The notes: generated from the sequence alone by a model not told the origin. Shown: positions 11,050-26,553, numbered from the stretch's first letter. The stretch: DNA of 64,000 bases from Chrysomallon squamiferum (GCA_012295275.1 CM022666.1:9858001-9922000), one strand, 5' to 3'. A program made the numbers and translations.

Positions 11050-12128
11050 GTCAGGGGTCAGATCTGCCCCAATGATTTGTTGTTTACTACTAATAATAAT
11101 TAGTCCTAATCATCATACATGTCAGAGGCAAAACTTCAAAAAACTAAACTCCTTGACAAATATGACACAAGAATACAATACCTTTCAAGTCTGCACCAGC
11201 AGGGATTTCGAGGTTTGCGCAAGGATCAAGACAATACCAATTTGGGCACCCGTGACATCCTATGAACTCGTCAGAATTCATTCCATCATCAACTCTGCCA
11301 CAGAGTTCACGTTTTTCTTGTGTTACTACTACATCTCTCTCTTCTAGTTCAGGCTCGTCACCATTTTCTTTGCCTGCATCTACCGTTTCTGCTATAGCAT
11401 TCAAATTAAATTGCCTTTTTGACTTTGTTATCTTCTTCTGTTTTTGGTTGTTTTTGTGAGTTTTTTTTGGTAGTTTTGCCTCTCTCACTTTTGTTTTCTT
11501 TGCCTTTTTTTCCTCCTTCATCTTCTTCTCTGCCAACTCTTCTTCATACCTCTTGACACCTTCTTCTGTCAGTGCCTCGGCATACCTCATCCTCTTGATT
11601 TTATTTGAAATTTGACAAATAGCCGCACCAAATGGACCGTGCGCTTTCAACTGTTTCAAAGATTTTAATGAAACTCAGAATGGACTATTTCAATGCCAAA
11701 ACTATTGATTTCACCACCAAATTATGGGGGCCAGATTTACCACATCCATGGGGGCCAGAATTGCCCCAAGTAGGGGAGTAAAATAAAACACATATTTCCT
11801 GCCTAACTACCACAAATTAATCAAGTTTCTTCTGTTGAACTTAATAACTGATTATATGTTTACCTGTTATAACTTATCAGTAACCTTAGGTCTATAGGAC
11901 TAAAAACTGAAACCTCAAAATGCAACTTTTTTACAACCTTGTTTTTAAAATTAATTTCATGGCCACTATACCTCACATGTAAATGGATGATTACTTACAT
12001 CCTTTGTTCTAATGAGAGATAGGAAGATTCTGTTTATATCAACAAAGTTGCAGAAATCTGGAGAGAGCAGTATAGCAGCTGCAAGTCATAATATAATTGC
12101 CCCGGGGCCAGAATTACCCTCTATACTC
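11050..12128 (-). mobile_element. Internally deleted pogo/Tigger-like DNA transposon remnant; ORF 11144-11659 encodes a K/E-rich coil plus a degenerate C-terminal PHD finger
   Basis: AEALT followed by a K/E-rich stretch, then ELCG..FIGCHGCPNWYC..C..FLCHIC. Repeated GGGGCCAGA(A/T)TT(A/G)CC motif at 11727, 11751 and 12104, with a variant at 11054. No DDE domain seen. Confidence 0.6.
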
Positions 12129-15100
12129 AAACATACATCAATACGTTTCAAAAGTACTTTAGTGTTGGTTTAAATCTTTAAAAAAAATATTTTCAAAACA
12201 GCTTTCATTCAAAAAACAAACAACAAAAAACCCAAGTAAACTTTTGTTACTTAAAAACTATTTTGTCTTGTTTCACAGCGACTATGAAATCAATACACGT
12301 CAGTCTAGAACTTTCGAGGGCGGAGGACTGAGAATTAAAACAGTTAATTTCATTTAGTTTTTGTATTATTTAGGATTACTCTCTAAACCGACATAGCCTC
12401 GCTGAATCGGTTCATTCTTAACTTCGCAGGGTAAAGCTGATATCTTTAGACAGTAACCAGTTATTGCCTGTAGATAAAAAGATATCTATCTTAAAATATA
12501 TACTAATTAATAATATAAAAGGTATGCTTGAAAGTATTGACTAAATAGACAGAGATATTGATATTTTACAACATAAAACTAAATAATTTCAGAAACAGAA
12601 ATATGTCTATGATTGTTAGGATGATCGTATACTTTCTATTGGCATTAATACAGTTATTTTATTTACTTCCAACATAACGTACATTGCACCTATTCGAGCT
12701 CATGGTGTAATCCCTATATATACGCGCAAACACACATACACACACACACAACTCTATTGCTCAAAAGAACTGTTTTTGTCACAAAATGAGAGAAACACTG
12801 TATTAAATCACATTATATTATTATGGTTTCTCCGGTAGAACAATGATATCTTCAGGTATGATTCAAAAAGTGTAAGAAATAAAACGAAAGAAAAAAACAA
12901 AATATATATATATATAAAAAAAGAAAAAGAAGGATTTAAATTAAAAATAAAAACAGTTTATGGAAAATATTTTAAAAAGTAAATTATCAGTTAGAACAAA
13001 CTGACATTTTCATCTGTTAAATTATTCCACAAAGTGTTTGAAATCGTTTTCATGTCCATTGTTGTTGTTAATAAGATTATTACTGTTTTTGTCATTAGAA
13101 TAACAACAACAACAAAATAATAATAATAAAACAATAATAATTATTATTACTGTCATTACTATTATTGTTGTTGTTGCTGTTAATGTTGCTGGTGCTCCAT
13201 CCACACATCCAAATATATTTGTTAATATTGTATTGAAATCCGTCTATAGGAATGGAATACAAATATTTTAAAGTCTAATTCTAAAATCTGTCTATAAAAG
13301 CTGAATAAAGTAAATATTTTGTAAATGTCATTTTAAAGTCAGTCTATGAAAGCGGAACAGTAATGATTCCCAGTGGTTCTTCTGATTTATGGCGCGGAAC
13401 TGTAGCATGTCATGTGATCGATCATTCATATGTTGTCTGCACTTCACGGAGCATGAATATGTCTGACGTCATCTTTCACTGGTCGACAAAGTATGAACAT
13501 GTTTGACGTCATCTCTCAATGGACTACAAACCCCCACACTTTGTGTCTGCCAGAGCTTGAAATTGAAGCACGTTAGATGTGGGCAAGTCTTGGAATTAAG
13601 TAGAACGAGAGAAGGCAGTGTCCAAGCCTGCGACCTTGACAAACGTAAATGATCAGATGTCTGATGAAAGTTAAACTTACACTGTCAACAAGTTTCATTA
13701 ATCCAACAAAGAGAACAGATGTGAATCTAGATTTTTACATTATTTTTGTATTTCTATTTTACCTATTACATCCAGAATTTTGCGTTTCATTCACGGCGCC
13801 TGAGGACTGAACATTATTCACACATGTATTTACCCATATAGATCTGTTTTACACACAAATCTTTGTAGATCTACCTACATCTATCATAAATACAATTCTT
13901 TGAGGATCTACCATTATCTGTTATAAATACAAATCTCTGTAGATGTACCTTTATCTATTATACATACAAAATGTATTTATCTAGACACATAATTGGAAAT
14001 GACTGATATCTATCTATCTATCTATCTATAGATAGATAGATAGATAGATATACACAAATCTTCATAGATATACCTATATCTATTATATATACAAATCTCT
14101 CTATATATTTACACACACACACACACACATGAACTCTATGAACTATTTTGATGTTGTCAAATTAATGTAAAAAATAAAATTGTTTTGATGTCAGTATGTT
14201 ATTAAATTAAGAACTAAAATTGTTTTAATGTCTTTTCGCTTAACAACAAAAAATAAAATCATTTTTTGTTAGCTCGCTTATCACGTAAACATTAAATACA
14301 TTTTTAAGCAGAAAATCTAACAAAAAAAGTGTAAGATAAAAAAAGGAACGAAAAAGAAAAAAAATCATGAACCTACAAAAATGTACGTTATAAAATGAGA
14401 AATCAATATTGAAGTAACGACAAGAGCTGAAAGTTAAACTACAAATATTTATGTCGTTTTTATCATATATATTTTTAAAATTATTATTCAGTTTCTTTTT
14501 CTTACCTTCCTGCACTGAGTCTTAATGCTAAATGCAAGAAGGTTTTACAGATTTGATAACGAAGATGGTTCATATAAAAAACAAAATTTTATAGTTCATT
14601 AATAAAGAAAAATAATTCTCTCTGTATTTGGAGCAGAAAAACTGTTGACTGAACCGGTAATAATAATAATAATACATGTGTATATGTATATAATCATTGA
14701 ATGTGTGTATGTGTATCTCTGTGTGTGTTTGTATGTGTGTGTGTGTGTATGTGTGTGTCTGCCCTTTTTTAGCACTGCATGAAATTCTGATCTGATGCTT
14801 TGAAACCGTTAGAAAAATTTAACATTTTTGAAAATGTTATTTTTAATCCTTTATGAAATAGATAAATTATAAAATCTGATAATTGAATGCATAAATCAAT
14901 TTACAATTTTTCACTGGAAATAACAAAACTGTCTTGTAAATTATTCTGTATTAAGAAAAACGAAACACGAAGGATATATAATTTATTTTTGTGTTGATTT
15001 TTCACTGATCTTAATATGCATTAATCTATAAAACTGAAGAAAAAAATCTGATATATATCCCACGCAGCCATTGCTGTCCTCGATGAAATACAAACTCTTA

Positions 15101-15401
15101 CTAATCATCTGAGGCAAAACCGGTCACAACCAGAATTCTTAATCTACAGTGATTATTGGAAAAAGTGCTTTTAATTAAATGTATTTTGACGTTTAATATT
15201 ATTTATAATTTACTACTTCTACGTTCATAAAGAAATAGCAATTGAAGATGTATGAGGTATTTTTTAGTAGCCATATATTGCTATTCTTATTGTCACCACA
15301 CTGATGTTTTTCATACCGGACTTAGACTACAATGTATATGTAAAAAATAAAAAATGTATTTATTTATTTATTTAAAAAATATGAATTTTACAGTTAAACA
15401 A

Positions 15402-16760
15402 TCTATATGTACTGACTATCAGGTACATATCTGTATACTGACGTACCAGCTACATGTATCTGTGTACTGACGTACCAGGTACATATCTGTGTACTGACGT
15501 ATCAGGTACATATATCTGTGTACTGACAGATCAGGTACATGGCTGTGTGCTTACGTATCAGGTACATATATCTGTGTACTTACGTATCAGGTACATATAT
15601 CTGTGTACTGATAGATCAGGTACATGGCTGTGTACGTACGTGTCAGGTACATATATCTGTGTACTGATAGATCAGGTACATGGCTGTGTACGTACGTATC
15701 AGGTACATATATCTGTGTACTGATAGATCAGGTACATGGCTGTGTACGTACGTATCAGTTACATATATCTGTGTACTGATAGATCAGGTACATGGCTGTG
15801 TACTGATAGATCAGGTACATGGCTGTGTACGTACGTATCAGGTACATATATCTGTGTACTGATAGATCAGGTACATGGCTGTGTACGTACGTATCAGGTA
15901 CATATATCTGTGTACTGATAGATCAGGTACATGACTGTGTACGTACGTATCAGGTACATATATCTGTGTACTGATAGATCAGGTGCATGACTGTGTACGT
16001 ACGTATCAGGTACATATATCTGTGTACTGATAGATCAGGTACATGACTGTGTACTGACGTATCAGGTAGAGATATATCTGTGTACTGACAGATCAGGTAC
16101 ATGGCTGTGTACGTATGTATCAGGTACATATATCTCTGTACTGACAGATCAGGTACATGGCTGTGTACTGACGTATCAGGTACATATATCTGTGTACTGA
16201 CAGATCAGGTACATGGCTGTGTACTGACGTATCAGGTACATATATCTGTTTACTGACAGATCAGGTACATGGCTGTGTACGTACGTATCAGGTACATATA
16301 TGTGTACTGACAAATCAGGTACATGGCTGTGTACTGACAGATCAGGTACATGGCTGTGTACGTATGTATCAGGTACATACATCTGTGTACTTACGTATCA
16401 GGTACATATATCTGTGTACTGACAGATCAGGTACATGACTGTGTACTGACGTATCAGGTACATAGCTGTATACTGACGTATCAGGTACATATATCTCTGT
16501 ACTGACGTATCAGGTACATAGCTGTATACTGACGTATCAGGTACATATACATGTGTAATTACGTATCAGGTACGTATATCTGTGTACATCGAATCAGTTA
16601 CACATATGTGTATTGACGTATCAGGTAAGCATCAGCGTACTGACATTTCATGAAGACATCATAGTATTGACGTATCTGACACATTTTGTGTTTTGACGTA
16701 TCAGGCACACATCTGTTTCTTGAAATATCATACACACATCTGTCTATTGACGTATGTGGT
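15402..16760. repeat. 27/29 bp minisatellite with a 56 bp higher-order unit
   Basis: Alternating ATATATCTGTGTACTGATAGATCAGGTAC (29) and ATGGCTGTGTACGTACGTATCAGGTAC (27). Decays at both ends. Confidence 0.97.
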
Positions 16761-17319
16761 AACACGTATCGTGTATTGTGTTGTATTAGCTAGTTATCTG
16801 TTATGTTGTTATTTCAACCGTTCTGATAATGTGCTTTTTTTTTTTTTAACAAAACGAAGTGGATAATTCTGGCAAACAGCTTCAACGATTATTGCCCACT
16901 GTGTGACCTTTTTACTTTGTAAATGAATCTTTCTCTCAGTGATTATTAAATCATGTACAAGTGTTCCTAGTGTTAATAAGATTAACGAACAGAGAGACGT
17001 TAAAATCCATAAACCACACCAGCCACACACTAACAACGTTATTCTACACGTTTAAAAATCAGCACCGCCCAGACTAATCACGTTAAGGCGAACGCTAAAA
17101 ATTAGTACCGCCCGAATTAATCAATTTATTGTCAAGTGAGAAAATCATCAGCTTCTTTATTTTCTCGTATTGTCAGAAAATTTTACTTTTGTAAAACCAG
17201 ATCAATAGTATTGTGAAATTTATGGTACTGGGTGCGAAAAAAAGAAGAAAAAAAAGAAAGAATGAAAAAAGAGGTGTTTAGTAATCTCTATTAATGCTAC
17301 GTATTGTATGTGTAACATG

Positions 17320-17610
17320 TAAAACTATGTGACTGTGTTAGATGAACAGTGTATATATGTAAAATATAGAACTATGTGACTGTATTCGTTGTACAGTATA
17401 GTGTAACATATAAAACTATGTGATTGTGTTAGTTGTACGGTATATATGTAAAATACAGAGCTATGTGATTGTGTTGATTGTACACGACATGTGTAAACTA
17501 GAGAAGTATGTGATTGTGTTAGTTGTATAGATTGTACACGACGTGTAAAATAGAGAAGTATGTGATTGTGTTAGTTGTATAGATTGTACAGTGTATGTAA
17601 AATATAGTTA
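17320..17610. repeat. Degenerate ~45 bp tandem repeat
   Basis: Recurring TATGTGATTGTGTTAGTTGTA...GTAAAATATAG. Confidence 0.8.
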
Positions 17611-19048
17611 TATAGTAACTCTAATGTTGAGTATATATGAAGAGAAGAATTTATGTAGACTTATAAACTCTGTCATTCCGCCTGTTTGTTCACATTCATG
17701 AAGCAAATTACTTCATTTTATTTTCTTATAACTAGGAAACCAATCATATATAGAATTACGAGTTTTTATTTTGTTATGTCGTTATTATTTACGTATCCTG
17801 AAGGCGCACGAAGACTACAAATTCCTACGAAAAGGTGATGCGCACCAGTACTTTTTGTGTCAAAAATTGATTTTACTGATATTGCACTTTGCAAGGAGTT
17901 TCACATTCCTGTTAACACTCTCACAACCATTTAGCAATCCCAAGACAGATATTTTTTTTCTTACTCAATCTTTTCACAGCGTCACCGAAACTGTCTAATG
18001 ACGTTGTTAGAAAATATCGTGTTGCCGGATTTGACTCGAAATCGTTATACGTTACTTAGCTTGCGAATGTATTAATCCTACTTTTAAAACGGTATAGAAA
18101 AGAAAAGAAAATTGATTTCATCACCATTTTTTTATACTGAAAAAGAAGATGATAAATTAACTAGATATGTGAAATTAAAACTAAGAGATACGGGCTAAAG
18201 GAAAATGAGAGACAGAGAGTCTCATGTATGTATGTATGTGTTCAGATAAGCAATATTCGGGAACGCATGGGCACAGGAGGACAAAATCCAATCACAACCT
18301 CTAAAACCCCGTTAGATGCCGTTAGAGACTCGAACGTATGGTACCCATTCGATCTACGTATATATGTATATTATGTACGTATGTACATATAGTTGGACAG
18401 AAGGATGGATGGATGGATGTGTATATGTGTGTGTGTATACGTATGTATGAAGGTATGCACGTATAGATGGTCAGATGGATATTTGTGTTAGCACGTATGT
18501 ATATATGTTTGTGTGTTTATACGTACGTATGTATTATGTGTGTGTACGTTTGTATGTATATATGTGTGTATTTGTGCGTGTAAAACGTTAGTGTAAAGGA
18601 TGAAAAGTTAATTGTGTTACCAAAGTCGGGAGATAAAAGATTTTTCTGACATCAAGTGACACGCAATTAATCACAATATACATTGTCCTTTTAATGCACT
18701 GGCCTAGTTCTATCATATATTCTTTTGACAATAACAACAATAGCAGCAAGAACAACAGTAATAGTGATAACAACAACAATAACAATAATTATAGTAGAAG
18801 CAGTCGTTGTTGACTGATGTTAATGACTGATTACGGTGATCATAATAACAATGATAATGACGGTGATGATGATGATGATGAAATCACAAAGATAGGTGTA
18901 TGTACACGAAGTGTTGGTATCTATTATAAGATATAAACTGTAAAAACAAATTATAAAATATTCAACACGTTCTGGTAAATAATTCATCTGAGAAAACTAA
19001 TTAATTCTTCCTATATCAATTCGTTAATATGGACAGGTTTTACAACAC

Positions 19049-19079
19049 CAATAACAATAACAATAACAATAACAATAAC

Positions 19080-19134
<55 letters not shown>

Positions 19135-19560
19135 TAATAATAATAACAAAAAACACTGAAAACAGTGAGAATGATGCAGTACTGGCGGCAGTAGGAGTAA
19201 AAGTAGTGATTGTCTGGTATGGTGTTACTAGTAGTAGCAGTAGTAGCAACAGCAGCAGTAGTTGAATAATAGTAATGAGAGTGGGTTATGGTAGTAATAG
19301 CCGCTGTAGTAGTAGTTACAGTAGTAGTATTAATAATAGTAGTAGAAGTAGCAGAAACAGTAGCAATAATAGTAACAGTAGTAGTAGTAGTAGTAGTATA
19401 AGTAGTAGAAGCTGTAGCAGTAGCATTAGCTGTAGCAGTAGTAATAATGGGTGTGTCAAGGAATAGCAATTGTTGTAGCAGTAGAGATAATAAAAGTAGT
19501 AGTTGTGCTGCAAGACGGCGTAACATTTGTGGTTGTAGTGGTAGTAGTAACAGCAGCGAT
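19049..19560. repeat. (AAT)n and degenerate (AGT/AGC)n trinucleotide region
   Basis: Seen directly. Explains the poly-N/I/L/S/T ORFs. Confidence 0.9.
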
Positions 19561-20429
19561 GATGGTGTGTGGTGGAAAAAGAAAGCTAACACCACTACGT
19601 TGTTGTATTGTATACCGTTCATCTGACTGGTACGCTTTTGTTTCAGTTTCGAACAAGGTTAACATTATCGTCAGCGGACACTGATTTGCAATCTGAGGAT
19701 ATATTCATTTTAAATTTTCTGTGAGTTATCTTTGACACAGTTTTAATAATTACAGTTCTTTATCACACTTTACTCAACGTCAGTGTAGCTGCAGCGGCAT
19801 GGGAAGTTCCATGAACGATAAAAACTGTAATTAGTCTTCCACGGCGTGGTCGCTGACGTCGCGTTGTCAGACTGCTTCAAGTGGTCGCACCGTTCATTAG
19901 ATCAGTATAATTATCTGATCCAGTAACCCGACTCATTAATTTGGAAATTAGCTCAGAATTGTTTTGTTCAGTCGTTGTCACCATTCGGCATCGTTCAGCA
20001 TTTCTGAAATTGATTCAGATTTTACACCTTACCTCACGAGTTATGAACCTGCAGCCAACAGGTTATAAACTTAACGTTAAACCTGACTATTTCAAAACAG
20101 TTAAAATTAAACATATAAACCAGTTTAGTACTCAGATTATATTTGATAACAGCCAAAAAATAAAAATAAAAATAAAAAATGTTGACTATCACGTGGGCTG
20201 ACTTGAAACAATAAAATAAACGTAGTAGTACGTGTAATCTGTGACATAGATACCAGACACGTGACATATGAAACTTTACTTACTGTGTAGCAGTTTTTGA
20301 CAAGTGGAACGAGATAAACTGTATATTGTGCAATCACACTCAAGTGGAAAATATCAGAACAATCTATATTCCGTACGTGAAAATTTAAAAAAGTGAAAAA
20401 GCAACAAATAAATAAAAATAATAAGCAAA

Positions 20430-20464
<35 letters not shown>

Positions 20465-21665
20465 ATTATAAAAACTACATATATTATATTTAGCCAAATA
20501 TCAACGAACTATCTAACAAACACTAAAGTGAAAAAAGAAATAGATCCACGAAAACGTGACAACAGCATCTAAAGATAAAAACAACATCTTCAACATTGCA
20601 AGGATAAAAACAACATCTTCAACGTTGCATAGATTAAACACGAAAACGAGAATAAAAATAAATAAATATAACAAAAACAACAGATGAAAGATTGTATTTA
20701 AAAAAACACCCCCAAAACAACAGAGTATTAAAACAATGAAACAAACATAAAAACAGCAAAACAAAGAAAATAAACAAAAATAATATATTCTATAAAGAGA
20801 AGAAAAACATCAGTAGAAATATGTTCTACAAAAGAACTAGAAGATCTATAAAAACACAACAGAATAAACCAACTCACCATCAACAACAAAAACAGTAAAA
20901 AAAAACAACACCCAAAACCCGGAAGATATTTAATTAGCTTTATGATTATTTTTAATGTTTGTTTCCTTCGATCTGCACACTGTTTGTTACTATCATTTTT
21001 TATTATTAATAAAATAATATTATTAAAGACTTAACTACTGCTTCCAGAAATTTACCTTAAAAATGACAAACATTATTATTAATGCTGATTTCGATAACCT
21101 TATTGTGCTTCTTTTTCAACATATTTCAAACAACTCCATATAAAATTTTGTATACATAACACGAACATAATAATTATATAGTTTACTAACAATTTTACAC
21201 TAAAACGTTAACAATTTTGCTCTAAAACGTTAACAATTGTCCACGAATCACAAATATTAACAATTTTACACAAAAATACTAACAGTTGTACATCAAAAGA
21301 CTAACAAGTAGCGGGTGGAAGAGACGATTTTTCGATCCAGTCGAACTTCGATAAAGAGAAATTGTTTGTTTCTTCTCCGTGTAAATCGAATTTCCGTTTA
21401 AATTTCGTCTGAAACAGAGATTCCATTTCAGCTCAGTCTCTGACTTAATCGAGTTCTTGTAATTTAAAAAAAAAAAAAAAAAAAAGTCAATGGTCGCTTT
21501 GATTACAAATAAAGAAAAAAATTAAGACGAAGTAAAAGATGAAAATAGAATGAAAGAAGTTAATGATATAAATTTTCTGAGTGCTAATGTTGTAATAACA
21601 GTACTTGTATTCAGTTCGTTAACAGTATTATATATATTATTTTCTGTTTCAAGACAATCGCTTCA

Positions 21666-21696
<31 letters not shown>

Positions 21697-21899
21697 AGAA
21701 AACAGTGAGTTGGTCTGCATCGCGCCTTTAATTAACGTGATCGTCAGTCAGTACACTACTTAAAACAAACACTGTAGGTAATGACTTTTTAATGAAAACC
21801 GTTAATTGCAGTCTGCTTCCTTCAACCCAAACACGAAATGTGTCATCAATCAGAACCAACCTCAGTTTATTTACAAAACAGATTTCTACTAGTGTAAAA

Positions 21900-22097
21900 A
21901 AATCTACTTACCTACACATATAAATATCTACCTGCCTATACATATTAATATCTACTTACCTACTCATATAAATATCTACTTATCTACCTACTCAAATTAA
22001 TATCTACCTGCCTAAACATATAAATATCTATTTACCTACCCATATAAATAGCTACCTATTTATACATATAAATATCTGCTTACCTTCCTATGTAAAT
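21900..22097. repeat. Degenerate ~27 bp tandem repeat (CATATAAATATCTACCTACCTA-like)
   Basis: AATATCTAC recurs in tandem. Confidence 0.75.
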
Positions 22098-22813
22098 ATG
22101 GTGATTGAAAAAAGAACTAAACTTCACAGAGAAAAACAGTCAGAGCTGATAAAGAATGTTAATTATGACAGTGTTGATGTTGATAAAGAGAGCTATCATG
22201 GCAGAGCACACGTTTGCACACTACACTTACATCACAATATAAAAGAACAACGTACACAGACGTGAACTACCTTTGTGACTCTTCACTGTCTCATTAGTAA
22301 CGATATAAATAACGCCATTTTGACTCTAAATTACATATTTGTGTTTGTAAAAGAAACCATAATGCAGGATGGCACATGCTAATGTAAACTATTACCGTAT
22401 TACGAACGAAAAACCTGATCTGTAACAAAGAAGGAGTATAGTTTGTCAAACTGTCATCTCCAGAGTTTAAAAGATGTCTCTGTTCATTAGCTTCGGAAAT
22501 GTTCAACAAATACATTTATACTTCTCGACTTTTCTTCCAACTGTTTCTCTCCAGACGAAGCAGAAAGCACGAAAAGATTTGTCTAGTTATTCTAATTGTT
22601 TTTCTCCATTAAATCTCAACTGAGACGGAAAATCGCTAATTTTCTACAATAACGAGAAAACGTGAAGCCACGTTAGATGAGCATCAGACCTTTTTACAGG
22701 CAGCCGTTTTAGAAAGTGCATCTGTGAGAAAATAGAGTTTCACTTTCAGCACAATATGACAATTATTTTTATAATACAGATATAATTATTTATGTGTGTG
22801 TGTTTGTATGTGC

Positions 22814-22816
<3 letters not shown>

Positions 22817-22889
<73 letters not shown>

Positions 22890-23218
22890 TGAGTAAATGG
22901 AAAATAAGTTCGTATTTTGTATTTTGGAGACTGAAACTAAAATAAAATTACTAAAACAACAATTATTATGATATCTTCCTTCAGGTAAAAGTAGAATGTG
23001 TAACGTATGGTAACTATACTATGCTATACACGGTAACAGCTGACTTTACACTGACTGTCAACAGCAGATTAAGAGAGAAAACAAGTTGACTGTATACTCG
23101 CGTGAGCGCAGATTTCAGGTGAATGAAACATTAATGCTTCAGATTAATGTTCGAACGTTCAATAAAAGAAATCGTTTTTACCATCAAAATATTTCTTGTT
23201 ATCTTGTTCCGTCTTTTT

Positions 23219-23295
<77 letters not shown>

Positions 23296-23318
23296 GTCTC
23301 TGTCTCTGTCTCTGTCTC

Positions 23319-23414
<96 letters not shown>
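22817..23414. repeat. (GA)n 22817-22887 and (TC)n/(TCTCTG)n 23220-23414 microsatellites
   Basis: Seen directly. Confidence 0.97.
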
Positions 23415-23416
<2 letters not shown>

Positions 23417-26394
23417 GTTTCAAAGAACGCGTTATATGAACGCATTATAACCAATAACAAGACTGCCCTCTCGAATTACTATCAGATAACAATTCAGAAT
23501 AATATGGTAATACTAATGTTTATATTGCTAAAATAACAATTAGTATTTTAGTTTTCACAGTAACATTAACTCAGAGTAAGATGATAGTATGTAATAATTA
23601 TATTTACATTACGCACAGCCTGAAAGAGTAGCAATATTAATAGTAATGGTTCAAGTAGTACTAATAATGCGGCAGTCACAGTAGTATTTTCCAGTAGTAG
23701 TAGTAGTAGTAGTAATATTAGCTGTTATAGTAATACTTCTAGTTGTAGCAGCAAAAGAAGCAGCAGTAGCAGTAGTAACTGTAGAAACAGTAGTCGTAAT
23801 AGTAATAGTAACAGTAGTAGCGGAAAAGAAGAAAAACTAATATAAAAACATTATGAACAATAAATAAAATAAATAAATAAAAACGAAACACAAAGTTAAT
23901 GAGAAAATAAAGTACAAGCTGGGAAGTCTTCTCACACTGTTTCGAATCTGATGTTGACACAGAAAAGACATTTTCATTTAAACACTTTCCCCAGTCACTT
24001 GTAATATGTTGGTCAGCCTGTATCGGGGGACTGGAGTCTGTGATCTGGGTTAGACGATCTCTGTGCGTGTCGTTAGTTTAGATGAAAGGAAACTGCACAT
24101 TTCGGATTTGGGTATGAACGTGACGTATAATACAATAAGAAATTCTAATATCTCGGGTAATTTGAACACAATAAAATAAAAATCGTAGGAACTCGGGATA
24201 TTTAAGTGAATAAAGGTGACTAGATTTAAGAATCACAATATCTTTAATGAAGACAAAGGTGACTTATGATATAAAGAAGGACTGTATCTCAAACGAAGAT
24301 ACAGGTGATATATGATGTAAGAACGAGAGGATCTCAAGTGACGATGACGGTGATAGCTGAGAAAAAAGACACAGACAGTCTCAGTTTATTGACCGAGGCA
24401 GAGAAAACTTGGCACGTTTAGTTACAGAGAATTGTGAAAAATCTATAAACAGAAATATTGACCCTAACTGTATAAGTAAGCTGAATGAAATCAGAATTAA
24501 ATTTGATTATATATATTATCTCATACACACAAACACGAACATATATATTCACAAAACCTTTATTGAAATAAACAGTTGTAAATGAACGGAAAATTGATAA
24601 AGGCTATTAAATTAAAATGTTCACATCTGAACAATCATTTAATTTACGTAATGGATTTTTCTATTTCTGTAATGAATAGGTAATCCATGATTTTAAGAAA
24701 TGAACTAATTAATATTATCATAAATGAAACCATATTAATAAATAAATTTAAAAAAAAATAATACTTTGAAATGAGACAAGAAAGAAATGCACAATAGGAA
24801 TGAAAGAAGAAAGGATGAATTTCAGTCATTTATCAGTTATGACAGTTGAAGACAAAATGTCAGCGAGCATCACATCTGAGATTCTAATATTTAAAAAAAT
24901 AAAAAATAAAAAATAAATTATAAAAGATGCGTATTGTGTGCTAATAGACAATTTTAATTTAATAATTACATGGATGATATTTTTATGTTTCTAGTTTGCA
25001 AAAGTAGCACACAGACAGACAGACAAATTTAAATATGTATATACATACATACCCGTATATACATGTACACATATACATTATTATATGACATGTCATGTAT
25101 ACTACAGTCAGTATGTATAATGTATATTTTGTATGAGGTTTGCCAGTCACTGAATACGGATCACGACTTGAGAACAAATATGGATACGTGCAGTTACAAG
25201 CAGGAAGACGTGAAAAATCTCCACGTGAAGAGGAACACGAAACCAGGAACATTTATAAAATATTTTCAATTACTAGTTCATTAAAAACAATTTTAGCTGC
25301 AACAGAAGGAAAAAAGAATGTTGTATTATGTTTCAGCTGGAATACATTTTGTACGCAGAAGCAAAAGGAAAGCAAATAATTAAGATGAGTTTGTCGATCC
25401 TGCACTGTTGAACTACGATGAAATACAAACAACAATTTTACATTTCTCAGTATTGTCTGTTGAAGTCTATATTAGTTTTACAATGTGTCTATTAAAATTT
25501 ACATTCGTTTTACAATGTCCATGAAAAAAAGCTGTGTTTTACTATATCTGTTTTTAAAATCTATGTTTCTTGGGTTTTTTCGTACCTAAAAAAGACAAAA
25601 TAACTGAAGGCTAGTATTAATGAGGTTATTTTCTCTCGGATGTCAAAACTGGCGTTAATAATAACTTCTGAGCGAGGGCAGTAAATGATGGGGGGAGGGT
25701 TAGATATTAAGCTTGCAGGCAAAAGCTTTTCAAACTACATTAATGTGAAATTCATAAAACGACAGAGAGGTAACAACAGTATCAATTTGTTCCATTCTTA
25801 CAAGTTCCAGTCTTCATGTTCTCTTCAACATTTTTTAATTTAATTTTTTTTTTCTAAAGTTCTCTCATCGTTTTTTTTCTTTTCTATTATGACAGTGAGA
25901 AGAGTAAATAACATAGCGTGTGAAGAATTTTTAAACGTGTCCTTGGAAACAGCGATTCTTTCCTCCAACAACAGGAAGCATGTATTTGATGGTGATCATA
26001 CCACTTTATTCATTACTTTATATACTCAAAACCCTTTCGCAACGTCTTCATCACAATCGTCATTAGCAGAAGTAGTAGTAGTAGTTGGTGTAATAGCTGT
26101 TGTTGTTGATATGACAGTAGTAACAGTTGTAGTAATAGTAATTGTTGTTGTAGTAGTAATTGTTGTTGTAGTAGTAATAGTAACCGTTGTTGTGGTCCAT
26201 GACAAAAAAGGCATCATAACATTTTAAAAAGGCACTATTGAAAATTTACACACGGTTCATATGGACCATAATATAACTAACGTTGGTAGACGTATTCTAC
26301 AGTATTCTATACAAAGACAGAAACATATATAAAAAAAAAAAAAAAAAAAAACACTAAATAAATTTGTAAAAAACCTAAAAATTCTAAATAAAAG

Positions 26395-26441
26395 GGGGGA
26401 TGTCCGGAGACTTTGGATTCCCCCCTCTGGATCCGCCACAG
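26395..26441 (-). mobile_element. Solo terminus of a non-autonomous DNA transposon (C.GTGGCGGATCCAGAGGGGGG type)
   Basis: GC-rich CCCCCCTCTGGATCCGCCACAG resembles a widespread invertebrate MITE TIR. No partner end found. Confidence 0.5.
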
Positions 26442-26515
26442 GATATAAGCATGATCATATTCGTATAGATACACACATGTACAAGCACACATACACAGAT
26501 ACGCGTAAAAATATA

Positions 26516-26553
<38 letters not shown>

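Noticed and set aside
15402-16760. CRISPR-like regular array
   Set aside because: No unique spacers, no cas genes, and a eukaryotic context. It is a minisatellite.
23086-23536. SL/RE-repeat ORFs
   Set aside because: (TC)n microsatellite artefacts.
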